A stretch of 32,000 nucleotides of DNA from Pseudomonas aeruginosa (GTDB lineage Bacteria; Pseudomonadota; Gammaproteobacteria; Pseudomonadales; Pseudomonadaceae): contig NZ_LN831024.1 in assembly GCF_001457615.1 (NCBI RefSeq), positions 1,710,001-1,742,000 on the forward strand. The letters run 5' to 3'. The translations under genes and the position numbers were made by a program. Positions 10,100 to 19,823 of the stretch are shown here, one piece after another. The notes under the pieces were generated by a model, which saw nothing but the letters and a program-made list of their open reading frames with translations, searched no databases and was not told where the DNA came from. The stretch's first letter is position 1; every line of letters starts with the position of its first letter.

Positions 10100-10447
10100 C
10101 TAGCCGAGCGGCCAGTTGATCACCACGACGGCGTCGTTGTAGTCGTTGTCGGTGCCGTCTTCAGAGCCGACCAGGGCGAAGTTCAGCTCGTTGGTCAGGA
10201 TTACCTGTGCCGAGACCAGATCCGAGGGGCGGCCGTTGACGCTGACCTGGACCTGTACCTTGCCACTGCTGCCGGAGTTGAGCACCTGGGTGCCGATGAC
10301 GGCGTTATTGGTGCTTTGCCCGCTGAAGGTCGCGGCCGTCTCGTTGTTGACCAGCACGTTCACCGTCTGGGTTCCGGACGAGTTGGCGAAGGCGGTGACG
10401 CCGAACCGGGTGTTGGCGGGAAGGGTGAACACTCCTTGTGTTGCCAT
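10100..10447 (-). CDS. lecB: fucose-binding lectin LecB (PA-IIL, 114 aa mature)
   Basis: MATQGVFTLPANTRFGVTAFANSSGTQTVNVLVNNETAATFSGQSTNNAVIGTQVLNSGSSGKVQVQVSVNGRPSDLVSAQVILTNELNFALVGSEDGTDNDYNDAVVVINWPLG. Confidence 0.97.
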   Translation of the reverse strand: MATQGVFTLPANTRFGVTAFANSSGTQTVNVLVNNETAATFSGQSTNNAVIGTQVLNSGSSGKVQVQVSVNGRPSDLVSAQVILTNELNFALVGSEDGTDNDYNDAVVVINWPLG

Positions 10448-10470
10448 GGTGTATCTCCACTGAATACCTG

Positions 10471-10490
10471 GCCTGCCTTTTCAGGCAGCC
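10471..10490 (-). promoter_or_regulatory. CT-N12-AG palindrome (las/rhl-box-like) or 5'-UTR hairpin upstream of lecB
   Basis: GCCTGCCTTTTCAGGCAGCC has perfect CTGCC/GGCAG arms, 24-43 nt upstream of the lecB ATG. Confidence 0.3.
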
Positions 10491-10914
10491 GTCTGGCGCG
10501 CGGTATGGCGTGTCGGGAGAAATCCGCAGTCCTTGGCGGCAGGCGATGCGCAGGCAGGAAGGACGCATCGTTCAGCCAATCTACGCCGTCGACCGGGCGC
10601 GACCACTGCTAGAGTTCGCAGGAGGGCTACAGGGGTGTCCTGGCACTGGCGATGCATGGCCCGGTGCCGGACTGCGGCAGCGGCCTGCCGTGCCGGCTCG
10701 TTCGATTGTTACGCTGTCTGTAACGATCTATTGCCGATGCCGGCAGGCCAGGGGCGATTGTCTCGAAATATACTGCGTCACCTGGTCGCCGCAGCGGCGA
10801 CGGCTACCCACTGGCCGTCGTCCGGGTCGCCGGTTCCATCCCGGCCGCGCCAACCCCCGCATTCAGGCCCCGCTGCGGCGACTGCATTCCCGCTGGATTC
10901 GAGGCTCGTACCCT

Positions 10915-11973
10915 ATGACTCCCGATCAACGATTTGCCCGTTGGGTTCAAGTCGCTATCGCGGTATTCGTGTTGCTGTTCGTCTACTTCCTGGTCGCCGA
11001 CCTGTGGATGCCGCTCACCCCGCAGGCCCAGTTGACCCGGCCGGTGGTGCGCGTCGCGCCGCGTGTCAGCGGTCAGGTCGCCGAGGTGCTGGTGTCCAAC
11101 AACGGCCACGTGCAGCCCGGCGAAGTATTGTTCCGCCTCGATCCCGAGCCTTTCCGACTGGCCGTGCGCCAGGCCGAACTGGCACTGGAGGAAGCCGAGC
11201 GCACCAACCGCGAACTGGATGCCGCCATCGCCTCGGCCAAGGCCGACCTCCTGGCCGCGCGCAGCAGCGCCGGCGAGCTGGACAGCGAGGCGCGCCGCAC
11301 CGCCCAACTGGTGCAGCGCCACCATGTGTCGCAGCAGATGCACGAGCAGGTCAGCGCCCAGGCCCAGGCCGCCCGTGCCCGGGTCGCCGCGGCCCAGGCG
11401 CGGATCGGCGAGCTGACCGCGCGACGCGGCACGGCCGGCGAGGACAACCTGCGCCTGCGCCAGGCGCGCAATGCCCTGGCCCAGGCTCGTCTGCAACTGC
11501 AATACAGCAGCGTCCGGGCCGACCGCGCCGGGACCCTGAGCAACCTGCAACTGACCCCGGGCACCTACGTTCCGGCCGGAACGCCGGTGGCGGCGCTGGT
11601 GGACGACCGTATCGACATCGTCGCCGACTTCCGCGAGAAATCGCTGCGCTACGTGCGCCCTGGCGACCGTGCGGCGGTGGTGTTCGACGCGCGTCCCGGC
11701 GAAGTGTTCGGCGCGCGGGTGGCGGCCATCGACGCCGGGGTCAAGGAGGGCCAGTTGGACGCCAACGGCGACCTCGCCGCGCCGGTCACCTCCGACCGCT
11801 GGGTCCGCGACGCCCAGCGCCAGCGCCTGCACGTGGTGCTCGACGAACTTCCCGAAGGCCTGCTGCCCACCGGTGCCAAGGCCACCGTGCAGCTCTATCC
11901 CGGCGACGGCCTGAGCCATCTGCTCGGTCGCGCGCAGATCGTCGCCATCAGCCTGCTGCACTACGTCTACTGA
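10915..11973 (+). CDS. HlyD/EmrA-type membrane fusion (secretion) protein (352 aa)
   Basis: MTPDQRFARWVQVAIAVFVLLFVYFLVADLW is a single N-terminal TM segment. A lipoyl-like hairpin follows (VAPRVSGQVAEVLVSNNGHVQPGEVLFRLDPEPF), then a long Ala/Arg/Gln-rich coiled coil. The ORF-track start at 10438 is an upstream extension with no support. Confidence 0.8.
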   Translation: MTPDQRFARWVQVAIAVFVLLFVYFLVADLWMPLTPQAQLTRPVVRVAPRVSGQVAEVLVSNNGHVQPGEVLFRLDPEPFRLAVRQAELALEEAERTNRELDAAIASAKADLLAARSSAGELDSEARRTAQLVQRHHVSQQMHEQVSAQAQAARARVAAAQARIGELTARRGTAGEDNLRLRQARNALAQARLQLQYSSVRADRAGTLSNLQLTPGTYVPAGTPVAALVDDRIDIVADFREKSLRYVRPGDRAAVVFDARPGEVFGARVAAIDAGVKEGQLDANGDLAAPVTSDRWVRDAQRQRLHVVLDELPEGLLPTGAKATVQLYPGDGLSHLLGRAQIVAISLLHYVY

Positions 11974-11977
11974 CGCC

Positions 11978-13006
11978 ATGCCGGCCAAGCTCGCGATGTC
12001 CGCCAACGACCTGCGTCAGTGCCTGCGCATCGCCGGCGGCGGCACCCTGGGGTTCTTCGTCTGCAAGCTGATGAACTGGGACTACGGCTCGTTCTTCGGC
12101 GTCTACCCGATGCTGCTGCTCGGCCTGACGCCGGTGATCAACCTGCACATCGTCCGCCAGTTCCTCGCCAACTCCGTGGTGATCAGCGTCGAGGTACTGG
12201 TGCTGTACGGGTTGTTCGGCGACCGGCCGCTGCTGATGACGCCTATCGTCTTCGGCCTCTTCGTCTACCGCTTCGCCCTGATGGCGCGCGGCCCGCTGTT
12301 CTTCTTCGGCGCACTGAGTTCGGTGTTCCTCTCGATGCTGCTGCACTTTGCCAGCTATCCGGACGTCGATCTGTTCGACATGCTCGCCAGCAACATGGTT
12401 GCCACCTGGCTGACGGTGGCCATCGCCGTGCTGATGTTCTACCTGTTCCCCGACGTCGAACCGCGGCCGCCGCGCCAGGCGCCGGCCAAGGACGCCCCCA
12501 GCCGGCGCCACGAGACGCTGCTCGGGGCCACGGTGGCGACCCTGTCCTTCGTGGTCTTCCAGACCTTCGACCTGAAGGACTCGCTGTCGGCGCAGATCGC
12601 CTCGATCCTGGTGTTGTTTCCCATGCACTGGAAGGGCGTGCACTTCGCTGGGCGCATCCGCGCCCTCGGTACGCTGCTTGGCTGTGCGCTGGCGGTGGGC
12701 TTGCAGGTGCTGCTCTACGATCACTACGACATCCTGCCCTTCGTCGCCCTGTTGCTGTGGATCTCGGCGATGTTCTGCGCGCGCATCCACATGCTGGAGA
12801 ACGGCGTACCGGGGATCGGTTTCGGCGCGCTGACCACCCTGGCGATCGTCCTCGGCCAGTACCTGACGCCAACCCACGACATGATGTACAGCGTGCTCTA
12901 CCGATTTACCTCGGTGTGCTTCGCGGTGCTGATCACGCTGATGACGGTGCTGGTGATCCACCTGTTCCTCAACCGCTTCGCCGCCACCCGGCACTACAGC
13001 CACTGA
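11978..13006 (+). CDS. FUSC/ArAE-like (DUF2955-type) polytopic inner-membrane protein (342 aa)
   Basis: It starts 4 nt after the HlyD-type stop. It has about 8-10 TM helices split by a charged loop (PDVEPRPPRQAPAKDAPSRRHE). The pairing with a fusion protein resembles AaeAB-type efflux pairs. Confidence 0.65.
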   Translation: MPAKLAMSANDLRQCLRIAGGGTLGFFVCKLMNWDYGSFFGVYPMLLLGLTPVINLHIVRQFLANSVVISVEVLVLYGLFGDRPLLMTPIVFGLFVYRFALMARGPLFFFGALSSVFLSMLLHFASYPDVDLFDMLASNMVATWLTVAIAVLMFYLFPDVEPRPPRQAPAKDAPSRRHETLLGATVATLSFVVFQTFDLKDSLSAQIASILVLFPMHWKGVHFAGRIRALGTLLGCALAVGLQVLLYDHYDILPFVALLLWISAMFCARIHMLENGVPGIGFGALTTLAIVLGQYLTPTHDMMYSVLYRFTSVCFAVLITLMTVLVIHLFLNRFAATRHYSH

Positions 13007-13010
13007 GGCC

Positions 13011-13889
13011 TCAGGCGCGCCGGCCCGGCCAGTTGACCAGCGCGACGCCGAGCATCACCAGCAGCATGCCGCCGATCGCCGCCGGCGCCAGGCGCTCGTC
13101 GAACAGCAGCCAGGAGGCCAGCGCGGTCACTGGCGGCACCAGGTAGAACAGGCTCGCCACCTTCGATGCGGCGCCATGCCGGATCAGCGTGTAGAGCAGG
13201 CCGACGGCGCCGAACGAGAGTCCCAGCACCAGCCAGCCGAGGGTCAGCACGAACGGCGTGCTCCACTGCACCTCGCGGCTTTCGAAAAGCAGCGCGGCGA
13301 GGCCGAGCAGGGCGCCGCTGGCCAGGTACTGGACGACGCCGCCGGTGCGCAGGTCCATGCCGCCGCAGAAGCGCTTCTGGTACAGCGTGCCGCAGGTGAT
13401 CGCCGCCAGCGCCACCAGCACCGCGGCCCAGGCCAGGCCGTCGGCGCCACCGTGGATGCGGCCGAGCACCACCAGGGCTACGCCAGCCAGGCCGAGCGCC
13501 AGTCCCAGCCATTGCCGGCGGCTGACCCGCTCGCCGAGCCAGATGCCGGCCAGGGCCGCGGTAGCCAGCGGTTGCAGGCCGACCAACAGGGAGGTCAGGC
13601 CGGCCGACATGCCGTGCTCGATGGCGAGGAACACCCCGCCCAGGTACAGGCCATGGACCAGCAGGCCGGCGACCGCGACATGCCCGGCCAGCCGTGCCGA
13701 GCCCGGCCAGGGCGCACGGCTGAGCAGGGCGAAGGCGGCCAGCAGGGCGGCCGCGAGGAGCAGGCGGATGGCCAGGAAGGTGAAGGGCTCGGCGTACGGC
13801 AGGCCGAACTTGGCGCCGAGGAATCCAGTGCTCCAGAGCAGCACGAAGAGCAGCGGCATGCCGCTGCCGAGCCAGGCGGGTGTGCGCAT
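13011..13889 (-). CDS. EamA/DMT-family transporter (292 aa)
   Basis: Ten hydrophobic helices in two EamA-like halves. GAGGA lies 6 nt upstream of the ATG at 13889. Confidence 0.85.
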   Translation of the reverse strand: MRTPAWLGSGMPLLFVLLWSTGFLGAKFGLPYAEPFTFLAIRLLLAAALLAAFALLSRAPWPGSARLAGHVAVAGLLVHGLYLGGVFLAIEHGMSAGLTSLLVGLQPLATAALAGIWLGERVSRRQWLGLALGLAGVALVVLGRIHGGADGLAWAAVLVALAAITCGTLYQKRFCGGMDLRTGGVVQYLASGALLGLAALLFESREVQWSTPFVLTLGWLVLGLSFGAVGLLYTLIRHGAASKVASLFYLVPPVTALASWLLFDERLAPAAIGGMLLVMLGVALVNWPGRRA

Positions 13890-13945
13890 GCAAGGTCCTC
13901 GTCGGGAGGTGGCGGGACGGTCGTGGCGCCCCGCGCGTGTCGGTG

Positions 13946-15292
13946 TCAGTCCAGCAGCGAGCGGCCTCGCTCCAGGTAGGCGCGCATTTCCGCCTCGGGC
14001 ACCATGCCGCCGCCGGTGGCCCAGACCAGGTGGGTAGCATTGGCCAGGCGCGCCGAGGTCAGCCCCATGCGTTCGCGATAGCCCTGCGGCTCACGGGTGA
14101 CCCGGGCGATGCCCGGCGCGCCGGCCAGGGCCGAGGGTTCCAGGCGGATGCCCTGGCTGCGCTCGAGCAAGGCGAGCAGGCGGAACAACTCGTCGTCGTC
14201 CACCGTGTAGTAGCCGTCGAGCAGGCGCTGCATGGCGCGGCCGACGAAGCCCGACGGACGCCCCACCGCCAGGCCATCGGCGGCGGTGCGGTTGTCGATG
14301 CCGAAGTCCTGCACCGAAACCTGCTCGTGGCGGCCGGTATAGACGCCGAGGAACATGCAGGGCGAATGGGTCGGCTCGGCGAACAGGCAGTGCACCGCGT
14401 CGCCGAACGCCAGCTTGAGGCCGAAGGCCACCCCGCCGGGACCGCCGCCGACCCCGCAGGGCAGATGGACGAACAGCGGGTGCTCGCTGTCGACGCGGAT
14501 GCCGGCGGCGTCCAACTGGCCGCGCAGTCGCTCGGCGGCGACGGCGTAGCCGAGGAACAGGTCGCGGGAGTTTTCGTCGTCGACGAAATGGGTGTAGGGA
14601 TCGCCGGCCGCTTCGCGGCGGCCCTGTTCCACCGCGACACTGTAGTCGGAGGCGTACTCCACCACCGTCACGCCGTGGGCGCGCAGCTTGTCCTTCTTCC
14701 ACTGGCGGGCGTCGGCGGACATGTGCACGCTGGCCTGGAAGCCCAGCGCGGCGCCGATGATGCCGATGGAAAGGCCCAGGTTGCCGGTGGAGCCCACCGC
14801 TATCCGGTGGCGGGCGAAGAATGCCCGGCAATCCGCCTCGGCCAGCCGCGAGTAGTCGTCGTCGAGGCCGACCAGGCCGTGCTCCAGGGCCAGGCGCTCG
14901 GCATGGGCGAGCACTTCATAGATGCCGCCGCGGGCCTTGATCGAGCCGGAGATCGGCAGGTGGCTATCGCGTTTCAGCCAGAGCCGGCCGGGCAGTTCGG
15001 CGGCGTAATGCTGGCGCAGGGCATCGTGGAAGGTGGCGACCTCGACCAGGTCGGACTCGATGATGCCGCCGCTGGCGGCGGTTTCCGGAAACAGCCGGGC
15101 GATCAGCGGGGCGAAGCGCTGCAGGCGGGCGCTGGCGTCGGCCACGTCGGCGGCGCCGAGGCCGACGTCGGCCAGGGCTTCGGCGCTCGGCGCGATGGCC
15201 GGGTTGAACCACTCGCTCGGGCGCAGGGCGATGAGGTCGGCCAGGCGCGGGAATTCGGCGAGCCAGTCGGCCTTGGATGTTCCGAGAATCAA
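13946..15292 (-). CDS. dsdA: D-serine dehydratase (ammonia-lyase), PLP-dependent (448 aa), TTG start
   Basis: ...[20 protein letters not shown]... carries the PLP lysine motif, and there is a GSTGNLG glycine loop. AGGAG lies 8 nt upstream of the TTG at 15292-15290. The ORF-track entry extends to 15688 with no start or RBS support. Confidence 0.88.
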   Translation of the reverse strand: MILGTSKADWLAEFPRLADLIALRPSEWFNPAIAPSAEALADVGLGAADVADASARLQRFAPLIARLFPETAASGGIIESDLVEVATFHDALRQHYAAELPGRLWLKRDSHLPISGSIKARGGIYEVLAHAERLALEHGLVGLDDDYSRLAEADCRAFFARHRIAVGSTGNLGLSIGIIGAALGFQASVHMSADARQWKKDKLRAHGVTVVEYASDYSVAVEQGRREAAGDPYTHFVDDENSRDLFLGYAVAAERLRGQLDAAGIRVDSEHPLFVHLPCGVGGGPGGVAFGLKLAFGDAVHCLFAEPTHSPCMFLGVYTGRHEQVSVQDFGIDNRTAADGLAVGRPSGFVGRAMQRLLDGYYTVDDDELFRLLALLERSQGIRLEPSALAGAPGIARVTREPQGYRERMGLTSARLANATHLVWATGGGMVPEAEMRAYLERGRSLLD

Positions 15293-15515
15293 CGGCAGTA
15301 CTCCTGTGGCGGGTAGGGCGGCGAAGGCACAGAGGATATACGCCTGGCCGGCGTTTTTCCTCGTACCCGGCAGGCAAGGCAGAACGCCTCTGCGGCGAAA
15401 GGCTTTGCACACGCGAGAATGTGCCGCATGCTTGATATCTTGAACAAGCGATGCGTATTTTGTACGCGGCCGCCGCCCGGTGCGGCATCCGCGATACCAA
15501 CAAGGATAAGAAGTC

Positions 15516-16859
15516 ATGACTATCGAAGGCCAAGGCTCACTCGCCGAACGGCTGGCTGGAGTTGAAGAAATCGAATGCGTCACCCCCGACCTCAACGGGG
15601 TGCCGCGCGGCAAGGTGATGACCGGCGAGGGCTTCCTCAGCGGCCGGCGCCTGCAGCTCGCCCGTGGCGTGCTGCTGCAATGCATCATGGGCGGCTACCC
15701 GCCGGCGCGCTTCTATGGCAGCGACGATGGCGACCTGGCGCTGGTCGCCGAGCCGACCCAGGTCCATCGCCTGCCCTGGAGCAACACTCCGCGCGCCTTC
15801 GCCATCTGCGATGCGCAGGAACTGGATGGCACGCCGTCCGGGCTGTCCACCCGCGGCCTGCTCAAGCAGGTGGTGGCGCGCTACGCCGCCCACGGCTGGC
15901 AACCGGTGGTGGCCACCGAACTGGAGTTCTTCGTCTTCGCCCCGAACACCGATCCCAACGAGCCGTTCCAGGCCCCGCTGGGGCCGGATGGCCGGCGCGA
16001 GCTGGGCTATTCGGCCTTCAGCGTGTCTTCCAACAACGGCCTGCGGCCGTTCTTCGAGGACGTCTACCGCTGCATGGATGCGCTGGGCCTGGTGCGCGAC
16101 ACCTTCATGCACGAGATGGGCACCAGCCAGTTCGAGATCAACTTCCTGCATGGCGACCCGGTCCTGCTGGCCGACCAGACCTTCCTGTTCAAGCACCTGC
16201 TCAAGGAGGTCGCGCTCAAGCACGGCCTGATCGTGGTGTGCATGGCCAAGCCGCTGGCGAAGACGCCGGGCAGCTCGATGCACATCCACCAGAGCATCGT
16301 CGAACTGGACGGCGGGCGAAACATCTTCAGCGAAGCCGATGGCGAGCCTTCCGCCGCGTTCCGCCACTTCATCGGCGGCCAGCAGGCCTGCCTGGCGGAC
16401 TTCACGCCCTTCTTCGCGCCGCATGTGAACTCCTTCCAGCGCCTCTGCCATCCCTACGCTTCGCCGAACAACGCCTGCTGGTCCCACGACAACCGCGCCG
16501 CCGGCCTACGCATCCCGGCCAGCGGAGCCTCCGCGCGGCGCGTCGAGAATCGCCTGCCGGGCGCCGACGCCAACCCTTACCTGGCCATCGCCGCCAGCCT
16601 GGCCGCCGGTCTCTACGGCCTGGAGCACGAACTGGAGCCGAGCCCGGCGATCCAGGGTGAGTTCGAGGTACCGGAGGAGTTGACCCTGCCTTGCACCATG
16701 TACGACGCCCTGCGGCGCCTGAAAGGCAGCGCGCTGGCGCGCGAACTGTTCGGCAGCGAGTTCGTCGAAGGCTACGTGGCGACCAAGAGCATGGAGCTGA
16801 CCAGCTTCTTCGACGAGATCAGCCCCTGGGAGCGTCGCGTCCTGGCAGCCCAGGCCTGA
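15516..16859 (+). CDS. pauA5: glutamine synthetase-like gamma-glutamylpolyamine synthetase (447 aa)
   Basis: Type III GS-like catalytic domain (TELEFFVF..., [45 protein letters not shown]). The symbol is recalled from the PAO1 PA3356 position and was not verified. Confidence 0.85.
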   Translation: MTIEGQGSLAERLAGVEEIECVTPDLNGVPRGKVMTGEGFLSGRRLQLARGVLLQCIMGGYPPARFYGSDDGDLALVAEPTQVHRLPWSNTPRAFAICDAQELDGTPSGLSTRGLLKQVVARYAAHGWQPVVATELEFFVFAPNTDPNEPFQAPLGPDGRRELGYSAFSVSSNNGLRPFFEDVYRCMDALGLVRDTFMHEMGTSQFEINFLHGDPVLLADQTFLFKHLLKEVALKHGLIVVCMAKPLAKTPGSSMHIHQSIVELDGGRNIFSEADGEPSAAFRHFIGGQQACLADFTPFFAPHVNSFQRLCHPYASPNNACWSHDNRAAGLRIPASGASARRVENRLPGADANPYLAIAASLAAGLYGLEHELEPSPAIQGEFEVPEELTLPCTMYDALRRLKGSALARELFGSEFVEGYVATKSMELTSFFDEISPWERRVLAAQA

Positions 16860-17042
16860 TCCACCGTGGTACTTTCCTAGCCCTGTGTCACCCCCTGCCG
16901 CCTCGCGGCGGCAGGGTCGTGGTGTCGGGTGCCGGCTTCGGCATCCCGCGTCCTGTCCCGGGGCCTCCCCGGGACTCCAACGCTGTGCGAGCCGGGCAGT
17001 CCGCGAGCGGCGCCGGCTCCCTTGTACGGGACCGGAGGTCCG

Positions 17043-18347
17043 ATGCGGCGGATTTTCTTCTCTTTTCGCGCTCTCTATTTCGCTACCCTGCTGATGCTCA
17101 CCGGCTCCGGCCTGCTCAGCACCTACCTGGCGCTGCGCCTGGCGGCGGACAAGGTCGACGGCCTGTGGGTCGGCGCGCTGATGGCAGCCAACTACTTCGG
17201 CCTGGTGCTGGGCGGCAAGGTCGGTCACCGGCTGATCGCCCGGGTCGGCCACATCCGCGCCTACGTCGCCTGCGCCGGGGTGGTCACCGCCGCGGTCCTC
17301 GGCCATGGCCTGCTGCCCTGGCTGCCGGCCTGGATCGCCTTGCGCATGGTGATGGGCCTGGGCCTGATGTGCCAGTACATGGTGATCGAGAGCTGGCTCA
17401 ACGAGCAGGCCGATGCCAGCCAGCGCGGCGCGGTGTTCGGCGGCTACATGGCGGCTTCCTACCTGGGCCTGGTGCTCGGCCAGATGATCCTGGTGGCGCA
17501 TCCGCAACTGGGGCCGGAGTTGCTGATGCTGGTGGCCTTCTGCTTCGCCCTGTGCCTGGTGCCGCTGGCCCTGACCCACAAGATCCACCCCGCAGCGCTG
17601 CGCCCGGCGCCGCTCGAACCACGTTTCTTCATCCGCCGGGTGCCGCAGTCGCTGACCACCGTATTGGTCTCGGGGCTGGTGGTCGGCTCCTTCTATGGCC
17701 TGGCGCCGCTGTATGCCAACCAGTTGGGGTTGCCCAACGAGCAGGTCGGCCTGTACATGGGCGCCTGCATCTTCGCCGGGCTGCTGGTGCAGTGGCCGCT
17801 CGGCTGGCTGTCCGACCGTCGCGACCGCGCCTGGCTGATCCGCGCCTGCGCCATCCTGCTGTGCCTGTTCGCCTTGCCGCTGGCATTGTTGCAACAGATG
17901 CCGCTGGCGTTGCTGCTGGCCCTGGGAATCGCCGCGAGCATGTTGCAGTTCACCCTCTATCCGCTGGCAGTGGCCTTTTCCAACGACCATGTGGAGACCG
18001 AGCGACGGGTTTCGCTGACCGCCATGCTGCTGGTGACCTTCGGCGTCGGCGCCTGCATCGGACCGCTGGCGGCCGGCGCGCTGATGCGGCTGTTTGGCGC
18101 TAACATGCTATATGCGTTCGTCAGCGCCTGCGCGCTGATCCTGGTCTGGCGGGTCCATCCGGAGAAGGTCAGCGGCCTGCACCGGGTCGACGACGCGCCG
18201 CTGCACCACGTGCCGACCCCGGACAACATGACCAGCTCCCCGCTGGTCGCGGCGCTCGATCCGCGGGTAGACGAACAGGCGGTGCAGGAGCAGATGGTCG
18301 ATGGCGAGCCCGACGCGCCGCAGGCCGACGGTGCGACGCAGAACTGA
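17043..18347 (+). CDS. MFS transporter (434 aa)
   Basis: MRRIFFSFRALYFATLLMLTGSGLLSTYLALRL... with 12 predicted TM segments. GGAGG lies 4 nt upstream of the ATG at 17043. The ORF-track start at 16929 is rejected. Confidence 0.85.
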   Translation: MRRIFFSFRALYFATLLMLTGSGLLSTYLALRLAADKVDGLWVGALMAANYFGLVLGGKVGHRLIARVGHIRAYVACAGVVTAAVLGHGLLPWLPAWIALRMVMGLGLMCQYMVIESWLNEQADASQRGAVFGGYMAASYLGLVLGQMILVAHPQLGPELLMLVAFCFALCLVPLALTHKIHPAALRPAPLEPRFFIRRVPQSLTTVLVSGLVVGSFYGLAPLYANQLGLPNEQVGLYMGACIFAGLLVQWPLGWLSDRRDRAWLIRACAILLCLFALPLALLQQMPLALLLALGIAASMLQFTLYPLAVAFSNDHVETERRVSLTAMLLVTFGVGACIGPLAAGALMRLFGANMLYAFVSACALILVWRVHPEKVSGLHRVDDAPLHHVPTPDNMTSSPLVAALDPRVDEQAVQEQMVDGEPDAPQADGATQN

Positions 18348-18388
18348 ACTCCGCTCGCCGCGGGAGCCGATAGGCAGGAGAGGTTGCG

Positions 18389-19000
18389 ATGAGTCCGACG
18401 CTTTCCCTTCACCTGATGGTGCGCAACCTGCCGCCCGGGCAGCGGCGGCCGAAGATCGCCCAGGCCATCGGCGAGGAGAGCGCGGGACGCTTGCAGCGGG
18501 TATTGCTGGAACGCGCCCTGCGCCTGCCCGATCGCGGTTTCAGCGCCCGCATCCTCTGGTTCGACGACGATCTGGACAGCGATCTGCAGGCGCTGGCGGT
18601 GGCATTGGGCTGGAGCCTGATGAGCCAGCCGGCCGGCGACCCCGGCGAGCGCATGCGGCGTATCGCGGCGCTGGGGTTGGCGGAAAGCGAGGCGGTACTG
18701 CTGATTCGCCACGACTGCCCGGTGCTGGACGGCGACTACCTGGAAGCGGCCTGCACCGCCCTGGGCCGCCACCAGGCGGTGCTGGGGCCGGTGGAGCGGG
18801 GCGGCTACGCGCTGCTCGGCCTGACCCGGGTCGACCCGCTGTTGTTCGAGTCGATGCCCTGGGGCGGAGACCGCCTGCTGGCGCTCACCTGCGAGCGTCT
18901 CCGGCAACTGGGCTGGGAGCATCACCTGTTGCCGGCGCTCTGGGACGTCGACCGTCCCGAGGACCTGCCGCGCCTGGCGGCGCTGGGGCTGGTCCTGTGA
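18389..19000 (+). CDS. DUF2064 / TIGR04282-like glycosyltransferase-fold protein (203 aa)
   Basis: GGAGAGG RBS. The motifs IRHDCPVLD and GGYALLGL ... MPWGGDRLL are typical of this family, from memory. Confidence 0.65.
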   Translation: MSPTLSLHLMVRNLPPGQRRPKIAQAIGEESAGRLQRVLLERALRLPDRGFSARILWFDDDLDSDLQALAVALGWSLMSQPAGDPGERMRRIAALGLAESEAVLLIRHDCPVLDGDYLEAACTALGRHQAVLGPVERGGYALLGLTRVDPLLFESMPWGGDRLLALTCERLRQLGWEHHLLPALWDVDRPEDLPRLAALGLVL

Positions 19001-19003
19001 AAC

Positions 19004-19795
19004 TCAGAACAGTTCGTCTTTCTCGAAGCGCCGCGCTTCGCGCTGTAACTGGTAGACGAAGCGATCCACCTGACGCTGGGCGAGGCCGCTCATCTCGCTG
19101 AAGCGGACGCCGGCGAAGGTCGCGTCGAGCTTTTCGTCGAAGCGCACGTGACGCAGTTCGATCGCGCTACTGATCGCGCCCTGTGGCAGCTGGGCGCTGA
19201 AGTCTTCGTAGATCTCGCCGGGATGCAGGCGTTCGGCGACATTGCCGGCGAAGCGCAGCTTGGCGCCGGTGGCGGAGATATCCAGCAGTTGTCCGCTCAG
19301 CGGCGCGCGGAGTTTCTCCCCGGCGATTTCCGCGGCGATCGGCTGGCTCTGCTTGATGCTGGCGCGGTAGGCGTTGCGGCGCTGGTGGTAGAGCACTTCG
19401 GCGGGAAGGGCGGCCCAGTAGCAGGGAACGCCGTCGTGTTCGCCGAACTGCACCGGGCGCTCGCATTCCCAGGCGATACGCACGCCTTCGTGGAAGGCTT
19501 CGACGCGAAACGCCTCGCCATTCTGCAGGAAACGTTCGCCGGTGTTGGGGATGAGTTCGTCCAGCGCGACCATCCCGCGGTCGCGGTCGATGTCCACCAG
19601 GAAGCTCTGGAAGCGCTGGTTGCGATCGGCAAAGGTGATCAGCAGGGAGTCGCGGCTATCCTGCAGCAGGCGCAGGTTGGCCTGGATTTCCACGGGGGCC
19701 TTGAGCACCTTCGGGGGTTGCGGCCCCGCTTCTTCGACGAACGGGTTGGGCACCTTCAATGCTCTCCTGGGGCACGAATGCCTCAATGATAGCAC
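19004..19795 (-). CDS. flgZ: PilZ-domain c-di-GMP effector FlgZ (YcgR-like); a GTG at 19753 is a possible alternative start
   Basis: A YcgR-N-like half is followed by a PilZ domain with RRNAYR (RxxxR) and DISATGAKL (DxSxxG). AGGAG lies 9 nt upstream of the GTG at 19753, which favours the shorter 249-aa form. Confidence 0.8.
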   Translation of the reverse strand: MLSLRHSCPRRALKVPNPFVEEAGPQPPKVLKAPVEIQANLRLLQDSRDSLLITFADRNQRFQSFLVDIDRDRGMVALDELIPNTGERFLQNGEAFRVEAFHEGVRIAWECERPVQFGEHDGVPCYWAALPAEVLYHQRRNAYRASIKQSQPIAAEIAGEKLRAPLSGQLLDISATGAKLRFAGNVAERLHPGEIYEDFSAQLPQGAISSAIELRHVRFDEKLDATFAGVRFSEMSGLAQRQVDRFVYQLQREARRFEKDELF

Positions 19796-19823
19796 TGTGC
19801 CTTGATACGTGTGCTGGTCGGGT

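Noticed and set aside
13003-13014. 12-bp perfect palindrome CTGAGGCCTCAG containing both convergent stop codons of the FUSC-like and EamA genes
   Set aside because: It has no loop, so it cannot form a meaningful hairpin. It is most simply explained by two TGA stops 4 nt apart, though it is a neat coincidence.
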